Assembly (NCBI RefSeq): GCF_009914755.1
Contig: NC_060937.1
Origin: the human T2T-CHM13v2.0 reference genome, Homo sapiens
Length of the DNA: 64,000 nucleotides
Reading direction: 5' to 3' (one strand)
Under the pieces are notes generated by a model. The model searched no databases, was not told where the DNA came from, and was given only the letters and a program-made list of their open reading frames with translations. Every line of letters begins with the position of its first letter. Position 1 is the stretch's first letter. Below are positions 43,891 through 59,949 of this stretch, one piece after another. Position numbers and translations under genes: made by a program.

Positions 43891-45275
43891 TTTTTTTTAA
43901 TTACACTTTAAGTTCTGGGATACATGTGCAGAATTTGCAGGTTTGTTACATAGGTATACACGTGCCATGGTGGTTTGCTACACCCATCAACCCGTCATCT
44001 ACATTAGGTATTTCTCCTAATGCTATCCCTCCCCTTGCAACTCACCACCCAGCAGGCCCCGGTGTGTGATGTTCCCCTCCCTGTGCCCATATGTTCTCAT
44101 TGTTCAACTCCCACTTATGAGTGAGAACATACAGTGTTTGGTTTTCTGTTCCTGTGTTAGTTTGCTCAGAATGATGGTTTCCAGCTTCATCCATGTCCCT
44201 GCAAAGGACATGAACTCATTCTTTTCGTGGCTGCATAGTATTCCATGGTGTATATGTGCCACATTTTCTTTATCCAGCCTATCACTGATGGGCATTTTGG
44301 TTGGTTCCAAGTCTTTGCTATTGTGAATAGTGCTGCAATAAACATAAATGTGTATATGTCTTTATAGTAGAGTGATTTATAATCCTTTGGGTATATACTT
44401 TATATATACATATATATATACACCTTATATGTATATATATATACACCTTATATATATATACACCTTATATATATATACACCATATATATATACCTTATAT
44501 ATATATATATACACACCTTATATATATATATACCTTGTATATATATATACACCATATATATATACCTTGTATATATATATACACCATATATATATACCTT
44601 GTATATATATATATACCATATATATATACTTTATATATTTTATATATATTATTCTATAGTAGAATGATTTATAATCCTTTGGGTATATAGTAGAATGATT
44701 TATAATCCTTTGGGTATATAGTAGAATGATTTATAATCCTTTGGGTATATAGTAGAATGATTTATAATACTTTGGGTATATAGTAGAATGATTTATAATC
44801 CTTTGGGTATATACTCAGTAATGGGATCTCTGGTCAAATGGTATATCTAGTTCTAGATCCTTGAGGAATCGCCACACTGTCTTCCACAATGGTTGAGCTA
44901 ATTTACACTCCCACTAACAGTGTAAAAGTGTTCCTATTTCTCCACATCTTCTCCAGCATCTGTTGTTTCCTGACTTTTTAATGATCGCCACTCTAACTGG
45001 TTGAGATGATATCTGATGGTGGTTTTGATTCGCATTTCTCTGATGACCAGTGATGATGAGCATTTTTTCATATGTTTGTTGCCGCATAAATGTCTTCTTT
45101 TGAAAAGTGTCTGTTCATATCCTTTGTGCACTTTTTGATGGGGTTGTTTATTTTTTTCTTGTAAATTTGTTTAAGTTCTTTGTAGATTCTGGATATTAGC
45201 CATTTATCAGATGGGTAGATTGCAAAAATTTTCTCCCATTCTGTAGGTTGCCTGTTCACTCTGATGATAGTTTTT
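43888..45275 (-). mobile_element. 5'-truncated L1PA7-like element with internal minisatellite expansion
   Basis: Poly-T then TTAAGTTCTGGGATACATGTGCAGAA...ACATAGGTATACACGTGCCATGGTGGTTTGCT; ORF2 C-terminal pieces 44104..44310 and 45068..45259. Confidence 0.93.
44365..44811. repeat. Compound VNTR: one 31-bp unit, TA/ACACC minisatellite, then 5 tandem 31-bp units
   Basis: Unit TAGTAGAATGATTTATAATCCTTTGGGTATA at 44657, 44688, 44719, 44750 and 44781; variant copy at 44365. Confidence 0.95.
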
Positions 45276-47084
45276 TCTTTCCGTCTCTCTTTCTTTCCAT
45301 CCTTCCCTTTCCAACCTTCCCCTTCTTTTGCCTCCTTATAGCCTCCTTTGCCCCAGTATCTTGGTAATATTGGTACTCACCTCTCTATATGCACTTACTT
45401 CACAGAACACATTTTGATCATGTCTTCTATATCATTTTCCCTGGCTTAAACATTTTGAGAAAGATGTACATTGGGGCTAGTAATTCTTTGCCACCCCCCA
45501 GTTTTCTTAATTCATTGGCTTAAATCCAATCAAAGAACCAAAAATTTAGAATTAATTAATAAGTCTATGTAATTGATGGTAAGATTCTTTTCTGAATTTT
45601 CTATATTATTATAGAAACAAACATTTTCTTTAAGAATGCACTTTTAAGGACCTTATATCACTAGTTTTAGATTAACTGACTTTGGTTTTCATATTCATTA
45701 TGTGACTGTTTATAGATGTTGGGGCCTTTCCACATTTGATTTGCAAAATAACAATATATCGATATAGATTAAAATAAACCAAAAAATCTCCAGCGTTGCT
45801 CATATCTGTTCATCAATATGAAAAGCTCTATCATGAATAATGTGGCAACGTATATGAAGAAAACATTTTTAGACAAAGCTATTCAGTGCTTTTCTCTTCT
45901 TCTTTCAACACATAAATAAAAGCAATTGCTATGTAGCTTCCTAGCTGCATGAGATGTGCCTTAAGGTGTTAGATGACTATAAATATGAATACGATAATAG
46001 TGGTCCTATAGAAAAGTATAATCAGGAGTTGTGAATTAAATAAAGAAAAAATAATGTGATAAAATATTAGCGTTTGGTGATAGGGGATACAAGTTATTTT
46101 CTTACCGTTGATATTTAATAATGTTATTTAAAAATACATTTAAAGTTGATCTAAGCTATTTTTACAAAATTGGATCCATTCGCAAATGTCTGGGGTAATT
46201 TATTAATTGATTTGACCAGCTTATTTTTGGAATGGCCAACCAGTGGTCCAATTCAAAACTATTTCATTGATTAGGAAAAAGAGGAGGAAGGTTTTGTGGA
46301 AGAAAACTTGAGTAGAAAATAATTAATGGCTACATATGCCCTCTATACAAAATTATAATGATAAATACTTCTGGGACTAGGGAAAATATCATCTAATGAC
46401 AACATGTATATTACATTGTAGAGAACTTTTACTTTTGTTGTATGACCATTGTCCTTACAAAACCTCAGAATGGTAATCATGTTAATAAAATAATGAGAAC
46501 ACTAATGTCCAAGAAGACCAGCAGTGTTACCTCATTGGGTGAAGTATGGTAGGTGGACTAGCAGGGAATACTAGCTGGTTCTAAAATGTAAATGTAGAGA
46601 ATTACATAAACACTCATAGAACTCATAGATTCCCATATTGGATATAACAGGTGAAGATTCAAGTAAATAAGGACATATACATGTGGTTTATTATAATGAT
46701 GTTAATTTTAAAATAATGTTTATGAAGGTTATGGCATAGTATAGAGAAATACTGAGTTTACAGTATTAAATAAATAGAAAAAATGTAAAAAATCTTTTAG
46801 TAACCACAAGCGTATTTTAAAATGTTTCTGAAATGCGTGTAAGGTGGTACATGAAAATGTAGAAATTGAATCCCTTGGGTGTTACTATGGTGTTTGGCAA
46901 GGTACTACAAGATGAATGGTTTTGTATCTATGCAATACTTTCCAGTATTTTAAAAATATTATACGAAAATGTATTTATTACGGGGAAATAAGAACTTAAA
47001 AACATAAACTTGGATGAAATAAAAACATATAATTTGAGAAAAAATCAACTTATTGCATGAAAAGTTAATACATTGATAATTTGC

Positions 47085-47665
47085 ATGTTCCTTTCTTTGT
47101 GTTGTGCCTGTTAAATTCTTTTTACTCAACTTCATTTGATTTTCTATTTTCTTTCTTATTTTAGATACTAGTTACATTGTTGACACCCTGCTCTAGAAAT
47201 AGCTTTTTTTTGCTGTGTTAATTGTGTCTTTTAATGAACAGAAGTTCTTAATTTTAATGAAACCTACTTTATTGATGTTTTCTGTTATGAAAAGTGTTTT
47301 TGGAGAATGTTCATGACCATCCCAGCCTCATGAGTATTTTCTCCTACGCTATTTTCTAACTTTTTTGTTTGTTTGTTTTTACTTTGCGCATGTATGTCTA
47401 CTAGTCCATATGGAATTCATTTTTGTGTCATGTAAATTAGAAATCAAGTTTCATTTTAATTTTTCCACAGGGATATTCAGTTGCTCCAGGACCATTTACC
47501 AAAGACATTATTTTTTTTACTTCATTCCAGTGGCATGCTTATGTTAGATTAAATGACTAAATATTTGTAGGTCTACTTCTGAAGTCTTTTCTCTTCCATT
47601 GATTTATTTCTCTGTTCTTGCACCAGAAAGGGTCTGTTTTAACTACTTTTGTTTTATAATAAATT
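47085..47665 (-). mobile_element. Old L1M ORF2 3' fragment
   Basis: TGAACAGAAGTTCTTAATTTTAATGA; ORF 47557..47760 YYKTKVVKT...WCKNREINQW. Confidence 0.7.
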
Positions 47666-47670
47666 TCCAC

Positions 47671-49320
47671 TTTTAAAATTTTAATTGACACATAACAATT
47701 GTATATAATCTGGAATAAAGCATAATGTATCAATAGCTTTATACCATGTGTAATGATCAAATCAGGGTAATTAGCATATCCATCACCTCATACATTTATC
47801 ATTTCTTAGTGTTGGGAACATTTAATATCCTCTCTCCCACCTATTTGAAAATATACTAAGTTGTTAAATGTAGTCACTCTACAGTGCTATGGAACACTAG
47901 ACTCTATTCCTCCTATCTAGCTGTAATTTTATATCAATTAACCAACCTCACCATATTTATTCCCCTGAATCCCCACCTATCTTTCCCAGTCTCTAGAAAC
48001 TACCATTCCACTCTCTGCTTTTATGAGATCAACATTTTCAGCTTCTACATATGAGTGATAACATGTAGTATTTATCTTTCGGTGCCTGGCTCATTTCCCT
48101 TGACATAATGTCATCTCTTATCGTTCATCTTTGCAATTTGGTGGTTTTCGGTAGTTATAAGTTTTGATTACTTTGTTTTTCTCGTTTGTGTATTTGCTCT
48201 ACCAATGAGTTTTATATACTTTTGCATTTTTTCACGATGTTAATTATTGTCTTTTCCCTTCCAGATGTAAGACTCACTTGCGCGTTTCTTGTACGGCAAA
48301 CCTACTTGTAATTAATAATCGCAATTTTTGCTTGTCTGGGAAAGACTTTGTCTTTCACTCCTGAAGTGTATTCCCGTTAGGTACAGTATTCTTGACTGGC
48401 AGTTATTTTTTGCTTTCAGTACTTTAAATATATAATTCCATGTTTTCCTGGCATGTAAGTTTTCTGCTAAGGAATCTGCTGTTAGTCTATTAATGATTCC
48501 CTTATATGTGACTTGATGTTTTTCTCTTGCTGTTTTTAGAATTCTCTTTTTGTCTTGGAAGTTTGACTATATTATGCCCCAGATAAGACCTTTTTGGATT
48601 GAATCTATTAGCATATCTTTGAGCTTCCTAAATCTAGATGCCCATATCTCTCCCAACATTTGGAAAGTTTTCAGTATTAATTACATTAAATAAGTGTTGC
48701 ATGCCTTTTCTCACCTCTTCATCTTCTGCAACTCCTGTAATACAAATATTTGCTTGTTTTATGCTGTCTCACAACTCCTATAGACTTCCTTCATTTTTTA
48801 AAAATTCATTTTCTCTATTTGTCTGTGTCATATCAAAATACCTGTCTTCACATTCAGAAATTCTTTATTCTGCTTGATCTAGTCTTTTAAGTTCTCAATT
48901 GTGTGTTTTATTTTATTCATGAAATTCTTCAACTCACAATTTGTTTCTCTCTCTTAAATTTCTCATTCAGATCATGAATTGTTTATCTGATTTTGTTGAA
49001 TTGTCTCTGTATTCTCTTGTGTCTCAATGAGTTTCCTTAAAATATTTATTTTGATGTTTTTTTCTGGTGACTTAAGCATGTAGGGGAAGTGTGACTGCTC
49101 TGGGTATCCAAGGTACTAGTTTCTCAGAAAGTAGGGTACTGCTTCAGCTCAGGCATAGGGAATATGACTACTCTCAGTGACAATGGCACCATTTTCCTAG
49201 GATGCAGGGTGCCACTTCAGTTTCAGCATAAAGTCTAGGGTACAAGATTTACTGGGAAGGATAGAAGGAGAGTCTCTGCCAAGGCACTGATTTTACAGGA
49301 GAGAGTGCGCAGCTATAGCT
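47671..49320 (-). mobile_element. L1MA-like element: 3' UTR joined directly to ORF1/5' region
   Basis: 47671-48115 is an L1MA 3' end (GTAATGATCAAATCAGGGTAATTAGCATATCCATCACCTC); 48120-49070 is inter-ORF/ORF1 antisense (TTTTCTGCTAAGGAATCTGCTGTTAGTCT); 49075-49320 is 5' UTR-like. Confidence 0.7.
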
Positions 49321-50537
49321 GTGAATATAGCTATATTAGATGAAGGTTTATTTTCTATTTTTTTAATGCAAGGAAGACTAAAATTTTTTATCTAAATATT
49401 ATCTTTTCAATATATTTGAACTCTTTCTATATATTTAAAATTGACAAACGTTTAAGTGTTATTTTTTAACTATTGCAGTTTACACTTTGCAACATAAAAA
49501 TGCATCTCATGTGTAGTTTAGGCACAAGATTCTCCAGTTTCAGAATACATATCAAAATACATGCTAATGTTATGTTATTGGGCTATATTGCTTTGTTTTG
49601 CTTGTTGTTTTTTTTTTAAATACTACATTGCCAAACTTAAATTTCAAAATGCCAAATAGAAGTACCCTTGATATAGTGAATGTATATTAAGTAACTGAAG
49701 TTCCTTGGTCATATTGACTAATATAAAATGTTAATTATACCAAACCTGGTTTGAGAGGGAGGTGTGATTTGTAACCTCAGTTTTCCATGATGTTGGGTTC
49801 ACTTGTAGACTTGCTTAGTATTTCCATCACCACCCATCCTGGTTGTGATAATTAACAGAAAACAAGCATTTGAAAGGCACTAGCTAAAGCCAGGAGCAAA
49901 CTGTTTCTGAAGCCTCATCCCAGACCCATAGAGACTCTGGAAATACATTGGCATTTAATAGAAAGGTGTTTTCTTAACATTTTTGTAGCTACAAAAGCCC
50001 ACTTGGGGAATTGTCTCATAAAAATGTGACATTGCTCAAAGGAGTATTTAAATATGCCCTCTTGCGAGAATAGACCTGGAGGAATTTTCTGTGTGACAAT
50101 TTTTTAAGAGACATTATTTGGGTGTTATTATTGATGGTTTTTATCTTCTGTTTTGATTTTATTTTTTCTCAGCTCTTACTGTCTTATAACCCTAGTGGCT
50201 TTTGATTGTTTGTTTGTTTTCCCAACACATGTGTCAAATATTCCATGAAGCAGCTGGCTCTTCCCTCGTTTTGGGCCTACTAATCTAGGGCCAATTTTTT
50301 TGTTGTATTAGTAGTGAAACATAATTTATTTTTATTTCTTCTTTTTTTGGTCATTTTATTATTTGGAAAGAAGCCTACACTAAATATGTGAGCTGAAATA
50401 ACTTGCTTGACACTGAAATTTAGTTTCCACATTATTTAGATAATTTCTTCATTTGTTTTAGGATCATCTATTCCTTTTTTATGTGAATGAAGGGGGTAAA
50501 GTTAAAAAACTCTCATTGAGAGTTAAGAGATTTTATT

Positions 50538-52783
<2,246 letters not shown>

Positions 52784-53371
52784 TAAATGACAAAATGAAA
52801 GAGGAATTAGATTAAAAGGGAAATATTAATGTTAGTGAAAATGAATTTTAGTTCTTTTTAAAAAAGAGAATTGAAAAATATGGCCTAAAATAATAATAAA
52901 CATAACATTGAATCAGTGAAGGAATATATTTTTTCGAAGTACTTTAGAGAAAAAATTAACTGCAAAGAAAGACTTTATCTGTGAATAACATTTCTCCAAA
53001 TTTTCTGCTATTCACAAAGTCCTAAAGTTGATTCAGATGACGTATTTTTACCTGTTTATTTTCAGCTGACTTAGTCACTGGAGGCAGATGTGGACGGAAG
53101 GAAGTCTCCTTCAGTGACTCATTGGAAAAGCTCAAAATGAGTTGCCAGGAGTAAAACAGCAGAATTTTAAAGGAATTATCTTCTTATACATTGTGTACCT
53201 GTCAACTTCAGACTGGATACATTAATTATGCTCCAATAGGATAGCCCCAGACAGCCAGGTTTTCAAGATCTATTCTTCTTTGAAAGCCATATAGCAATTT
53301 AGCATTTAAACCTGCCTCCAAGCAAGAGGGCATAAAACCAACTGTGAAAAATCTTTGTATTCTATTCATAG

Positions 53372-53765
<394 letters not shown>

Positions 53766-54443
53766 ATGGCTATTATTCTTTTAAAATTGAATACAAAAGT
53801 TGAGATCCACCTGTAAACTTCTATGTTCAGGCAAAGGACACAAAAACTGAAGATAAAAAGCGTGGTTGGTTTAAGTGGGAAAAATCATCATTTTTAATTG
53901 AAGAAAATAAAATATTTAAAGTAAATATACCAAGCAAGAATTATAGAATTAATGTTATCAAAATGACATGAATGGTCTCATATACTAGGCAATACCTGTA
54001 TATTAAAAATATAAATTATATAAATATATATGTCAACCAACAAATTATGTTTTTAAATATATAAAATATATTTAAGTTATCCTAAACAAATAACAATAAT
54101 GTTTATTTTAATAATTGATAGCAATAAAATATCCAAGCCTTTCTTTCTGGTGTTTGTCAAATTTCACACACAAGAGTTTTAAAAATTAATGATAATTACA
54201 ATATTTAGAAATAGTATGAGTAAAATGTGTTGTGTACTAAGCCAAATATATACAAATTTTTATGTGAAAAAGTGAAGACATAAAAAGTTTAAAACTATCC
54301 CCACTTTGCTTATATATTTTCTTCTTCATATGGTGTAATCTCAATACCTTAACCTTTCCATTACTTTTCCCAGAATTCCTATTTCTTGGTTTTATTTCTT
54401 GGTCTACTTTGTTAATATCAAGTCTGCTCTACAAATTGGAAAC

Positions 54444-54560
54444 CCATTTCCCAAGATGTGCATATTTCACATTATATGCCTGTATCAAAACATCTCATGT
54501 GCCGCATAAATACATATATCTAACATGTACCCACAAAATTAAAAATAAAAACAATAAAAA
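54444..54560 (+). mobile_element. Very short L1MA1/2-like 3' end with A tail
   Basis: ATGCCTGTATCAAAACATCTCATGTG...ATGTACCCACAAAATTAAAAATAAAAA. Confidence 0.8.
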
Positions 54561-55501
54561 GACTATAAATACTGAAGGTGACAGGTGGTACAATATACAT
54601 GAAGTTTAGAGATAAGCATTTAGAATAGATGATAAAATATCTCCAATGGGCAGCCTTTCTAATACCCACTATTTTTTCTGGCTATATTTAAAATATGAGT
54701 GCTCTCATTTTTGAAATAGGTAAAAACAAGATAGAGAATGAATAAATCAATCAGCTAACTATAGGGACCTCTTTAAGTTGTGAGCTTTACTGAATAAGGT
54801 CCATTCTGCAAAGATAAGAGTATTATACTTGTTTCTGACTCAACATGTCAGATCAAAGAAAAAATAGGAAAGGGAACCATACCTACTAAACTGCCACTAA
54901 TTTCTGTGTGGCTTAATTACTTATTTAGTCATGCTAACAGAGATAGAAAACCTTTTTTATTTTTCTGACGCTGCAGGTTATGAAAGATCTTTATTTCCTC
55001 TTTTTAAAAATTATCTTTGGCTGAAGTTAATAATTCACATTCAAGCAAAACAAATTGGGGCCTACCTCTTTGCAAGCTGTTCTCTCTATGGGTTTGAAGG
55101 CAGAGTTAACCTTTGTTCAGAGACTTGAGCCAAAGCCAAGTCAATTTAACATGTATCTATATATTTCACTATGTCTCATGCCACATCCTGGCATTGAAAT
55201 GAATTAATATTTGTATGGATGGCCATCATGCACTGGTATATATAATGTTTGAATGCTCAACAAATGAGAATAATGCCTCCTTCAAGAAAAATAACAACAA
55301 ACTAGTACTTATTGCCCATTTACAGCAGAGGAGAAAATTAAATCTGCTAAGGAGAAAGTATCCTTCCATTTTACATCCTCAAACAGTTTGCCTTTTTCTC
55401 ATTTGACTTTCTGATTTCAAGTAATTTTTATAAACCTCTCTTTTAAATAAGAGTTTTAGACAAGAAGGTAGGGGTAAAAGGGGGAAAGTTTCTTTTACCA
55501 A

Positions 55502-55504
55502 ACA

Positions 55505-55552
<48 letters not shown>
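55502..55552. repeat. (CA)n microsatellite, one TA interruption
   Basis: Direct reading. Confidence 0.98.
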
Positions 55553-55554
<2 letters not shown>

Positions 55555-56239
55555 TCTTTTTTGTATACTTTGGAGGCTTGATATAGCTATTTATCTGTAA
55601 CATATAATATTACTGATAACTATAATTCAAGTATACTGAATGTTTCCCCCTGTTTCTTAAGCCAGAGATATCTATTCTTCAAAGAAATAAAATAGTTTTT
55701 ATTTTCAGGGTTTTGATTTTAAGTGTTTTAAATCTATAGGTTGTGAAATTTTTATTTCTACATGTAATTTGATTCCATTTATATTACTTAGATGTATATT
55801 TATGTATTATTTGATTCCAATAATAGAACTATTATTTTAAAAATGAACATATAAGAATCTTAGCTAATGTTTTAATGCATTCTCAGCAAGAAGGAAGCAT
55901 TATTATCCAGGTCAACAACCTACATTATTCATTAAATTACTCCATGGGATTGAGCTCTTTAGCCCCAAAGAATTATGTTTTCTCTATTCAGTATATATGT
56001 CTCTGATAATACCTTTGTCATTTTGAAGAGTAGTTAGTAATATCTATTAAATTTATGGCCTGTATGAAGTGAGGGTGAGACTATAAATTAATTTTATCAA
56101 ATTACAGAAATAACTGGGTATCAAAATGGATCTCTTTTGTCTTGATTTTCAATCAGGATCCAGAGGCCAAAAGTAAAGAAATATGTGTCAAGTAACATAT
56201 TCCAACGGCAGGTATTATCTATATAAGACCTGAAAAAGG

Positions 56240-56358
56240 GGTATTAAAAAACTTGTTTGGAATCTATATTTTGACTCATGTTTAGGTATACATGTTTGTC
56301 AAAACTCAGTAAAGGTACACTGAAGATTTATGCAATTCTTTTTTATGTAAAAACTACT
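56240..56358 (+). mobile_element. L1ME-like 3' fragment
   Basis: GGTATACATGTTTGTCAAAACTCAGTAAAGGTACACTGAAGATTTTATGCA. Confidence 0.55.
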
Positions 56359-58299
56359 TGATTGATGGCGCTTGGAAAGATATATCAGTATGTGTATACA
56401 TCATTATCAGCAGCAACAACAGCAGCATATACAACATAATTATTATCCTGATAATATTTGGATCAGTGAGGCAGAAAACAAACATATGCCCATCTGTTTT
56501 TATTGTTTTTATCTTGCCTTGGTTTGTTTGTTTATTTTTAAGCTCATCTTTTAGAAAAAGCCAAAGGATTAATATCCCTACCGATGTTTGAGTTGGACTT
56601 CCATTACATCTACTCTTGGAACATAATCAAATAGAGCTTTAACTAGCATGTTGAGCACAGAAGATGCAGAAAACAATGCTGACAATGCTGTTGATATTTT
56701 GTGATAATTGTGAGTATTAGTTATATTCATAGTTATGTTCCAAGGACCAGAATTATTTGTATTCTGAAACAGAGATAATTTCTTTACATTATGAAACCAA
56801 AAGATTGCAGAATTGAAGCACACAGTGCAGGCCAATGTGTGATAGTTTTAAGATTTTTTTGTGTCCCTCCCTCACCTAAACTATGACAATTGCCATAGAC
56901 ACTGGTAATCTAAAACCAGGCAGCCAAAAAGAAAAAAAAAAAGAGAGCGAAAATAATTAAATAAAAATTGAGATATCAAAAGTCTCCTTAAATTTGTAAA
57001 AGTCAGAATTGGTCAGATTAACCAGATATTTTCAAAGGAAAAAAAAATCTTGAATAACAGTGAAGTTTGAGATGGTTAGCAACTAAGAAATTTCTCCAAA
57101 GTCATTTACTTTGCAAAAACAGAGAATTCCCATAATTTACTTGCACATAGGAATATAATTTCATCTGAAGGAGCTATTAAGAGTCAGATAAATGCTTAGT
57201 GTAAAGACAAGAAGAAAGCAACCTGTTTTTATTTTGATTTAGATTTGGTGTGGCAGAGCATGAAAATTGCTTCACTGGGGTGAAACATAAGGGATCTTGA
57301 GATGAAGTCTAGATGTTAAGCTCATTTGGTATTGAGAAACAGTAGGAGGTAGGAGGTGTAAGAAGAAATACTGCCTGTGCAAGAATAATGTGAGAAGAAC
57401 AAACAAACAGAAAAAGGAATTATGAAACTCTCCATGGAAATAGAAAACTAATCAAAATTTAGACCAGTTGGTGAGAGAGAGAAAAGAAGTCAAGCAAGTC
57501 TCTTGAGACTTTCCCTGAAGGGCAAACTGGAAATAACTTTTAGCTGTTTAAAGAGTTTATAATTTTCCAATTAGTACTACAAGATACTAATATGCATTAA
57601 TTTAACATACTAAAATAGTCAGCACTTCTCTGAGATGTTACTGTGCTAATAATGTAAAATGAGAAATCTCCAAAAAGCAAAATACTGTAAATTGTTTCCC
57701 AAACTTGTTTAATGAAAATCCATTTTTAACTTTGAGAATTTGGTGTAATATTTCACAAAACCATCGCGGAAATACTAATTTAAAGTAAGTGTGAAGAGTG
57801 AAGGAAGAGAATAATGACTATCAAAAATTTCCATTTCAACAAAGCCATATTGAAATGGGGGCAGCTTTTCCAGTGCTGTAAATACTGAGAGAAGTTAAGT
57901 TACAGTCCTCGCCCTTAAGAGCACATATGTGGTCTCAGAGAGAGGTCACAAAATAAGGATTAACAGAAAAAAGAAAAAGAAGAACAACAGATAAGATATT
58001 TGTGGTATCTGCAGGAATCATATTTTCTCACTTAGTAAAATTTAAGAAGAGTCAATTTTATATTTGAAGAGCAAGAAAATTAAAATAAAACTAAGTTACT
58101 TTGTAAGGGGAAGATAAATGGAAAAAAATAGCTTAAAGACTAAACCAGTGCTAAGGCTCAAATTTGCCAGTGACATCAAAATGTTAATTATTTCAGAAGA
58201 AGTCATGAATATTAAAAGAATTTTGGGTTAGTTCAACACTTTGAATTAATTTTCTTTCATTTCCATGCTCTGCATTGATTTCTCCACTCAGTGATCTCT

Positions 58300-59020
58300 C
58301 CATCCTGGACTCACGTACTCAGTAGATTTCTTGGCTCTTTCACTGTGTCTACTTGGAGTCTAAGTCCAAGAAATGCTTTTCTACTTTTTAAATAATTTAA
58401 CCTGTTTGAAGTATTAAACATTGTTGATTACTCCCTTCATTGATATGTCCTTAGTTTCCAAGATTATCCTTCTGTTCTTGCTAATTTGAAACTTCTATGT
58501 CTTCTTCAAAGGGTTCTCTCTTACTTCTAAAGATTCTCACTTGTACTTTCTTTTCTTCTCACTTTATTCACTCTCCATGGCTGAACTAATTATATTCTGA
58601 AGGCTTTATTTATGACTGTTTTGATTAGACCAAATAGATACTTCCAGTCTATTTTATTCTTCTGATTTCTAGAATAGGTATCTACATACCTCCTAATCAT
58701 TTCCACCCATGAGCAACATAAGGCCAAAATTTGCATAATTGATGTTACCATTTTTATTTCTGCTATTTGTTTCTGCATTTCTTGTTCAATATCAATAAAT
58801 ACAACCTTCAGAAAACTTTTCTTCCAACACAGAAACCTGTTAGATAATACTGACTTCAACCTCTAGCCCATCATATCCAATATGATCTCTAGCCCATTAT
58901 CAAACCTGCTAGTTTTAACTTGTTCCCAAAACTAATTTCTGTTCCATTGCCTATGCCATTATTGTATTACTTTAGTCCTCATAATTTCTCACCTAGATGA
59001 TTGTACCAACCAACTAAACT
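58300..59020 (+). mobile_element. L2 fragment
   Basis: TTGATTACTCCCTTCATTGA, TTTATTCACTCTCCATGG, CAGAAACCTGTTAGATAATACTGAC, TTCTCACCTAGATGATTGTA. Confidence 0.6.
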
Positions 59021-59949
59021 CTTATTTTGGTATTGCTATTGTAATGTCAGAAACTTTAGAATTTGAGTTGGATACCTGGAAGTAGCCCTTTTGACATGTA
59101 GACATTATGATACAAATCTATACAAAATGTAAGCTTTCAATAAATTTATATGGTAATGTCCCCAGTTTTATCCTCAAGCCATACTCAACCCCTGAGTGTG
59201 GGACCATATAGGGCCGTAGAAGGTGGATATGCAGAATATATCGAAGCCGAGGGAACAGAGAGGAACTGTCTGACAGCTAAATCACATGATCAAACCAGAT
59301 GACTCAATCTTTCTGAGCAAAAGTGCTCTTTATCAGTTGACAACTTTGTAGAGCCTTGAATGGTTTGTCTTTCAAAATCTCTAGTTTCTTCAACTTTATA
59401 CAAACATGGAAAAATTTATGTGGGTCACAGCCTAAGTCCTGCTTTTCTCTCCAGAATCCACAGGAATTCCTCAGTTAACTTTTTAACAGTTTGCCCAATG
59501 TATCTCATAATCTACATACTTCATATTTAATGACATCACACATTTATGATGGTGTCATTTGACAACATGACTGATTCCTTCTCAGAGGCAAATATGGTCC
59601 TAACCAAAATAGTAAAAATATTTTTGTAGCTCTTATTCTGATTACAAAAGATGTATAATTCATATACTTATGCATACATATTCAAACAATATACAAGAGA
59701 AGGCAAAATAAAATTTGCCCACAATCGTGGTTCAATAAGGGGCAGAGTAAGAGGAAGAGTTAAGACACAGTATGCTCACATTTGATAACAAAGGTGGAAG
59801 TTGTACATTTCAAATAGTTTACAGATTCATCAAAATAGCCATATCACCAATGGCCTGGAAAGTTACATTTGAATCAAAGTATCCTGCTGTGTACTCTTCT
59901 ATCTATAAACCACCCTCTGTCTTTTCATTCAGTGAAATTTTTAAAAATA

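Noticed and set aside
43620-44659. 149-aa and 103-aa ORFs
   Set aside because: CT-rich and TA-rich low-complexity sequence plus antisense L1 3' UTR.
44657-44811. 31-bp direct repeats as a CRISPR-like array
   Set aside because: Head-to-tail with no spacers, derived from L1 sequence, eukaryotic context with no cas genes.
56372-56554. Short polyQ ORF (HHYQQQQQQH)
   Set aside because: A brief CAG/CAA run in AT-rich sequence with no exon context.
58861-58901. Small CTCTAGCCCAT duplication (also similar micro-duplications near 31940 and 46612)
   Set aside because: Ordinary slippage duplications with no further structure.
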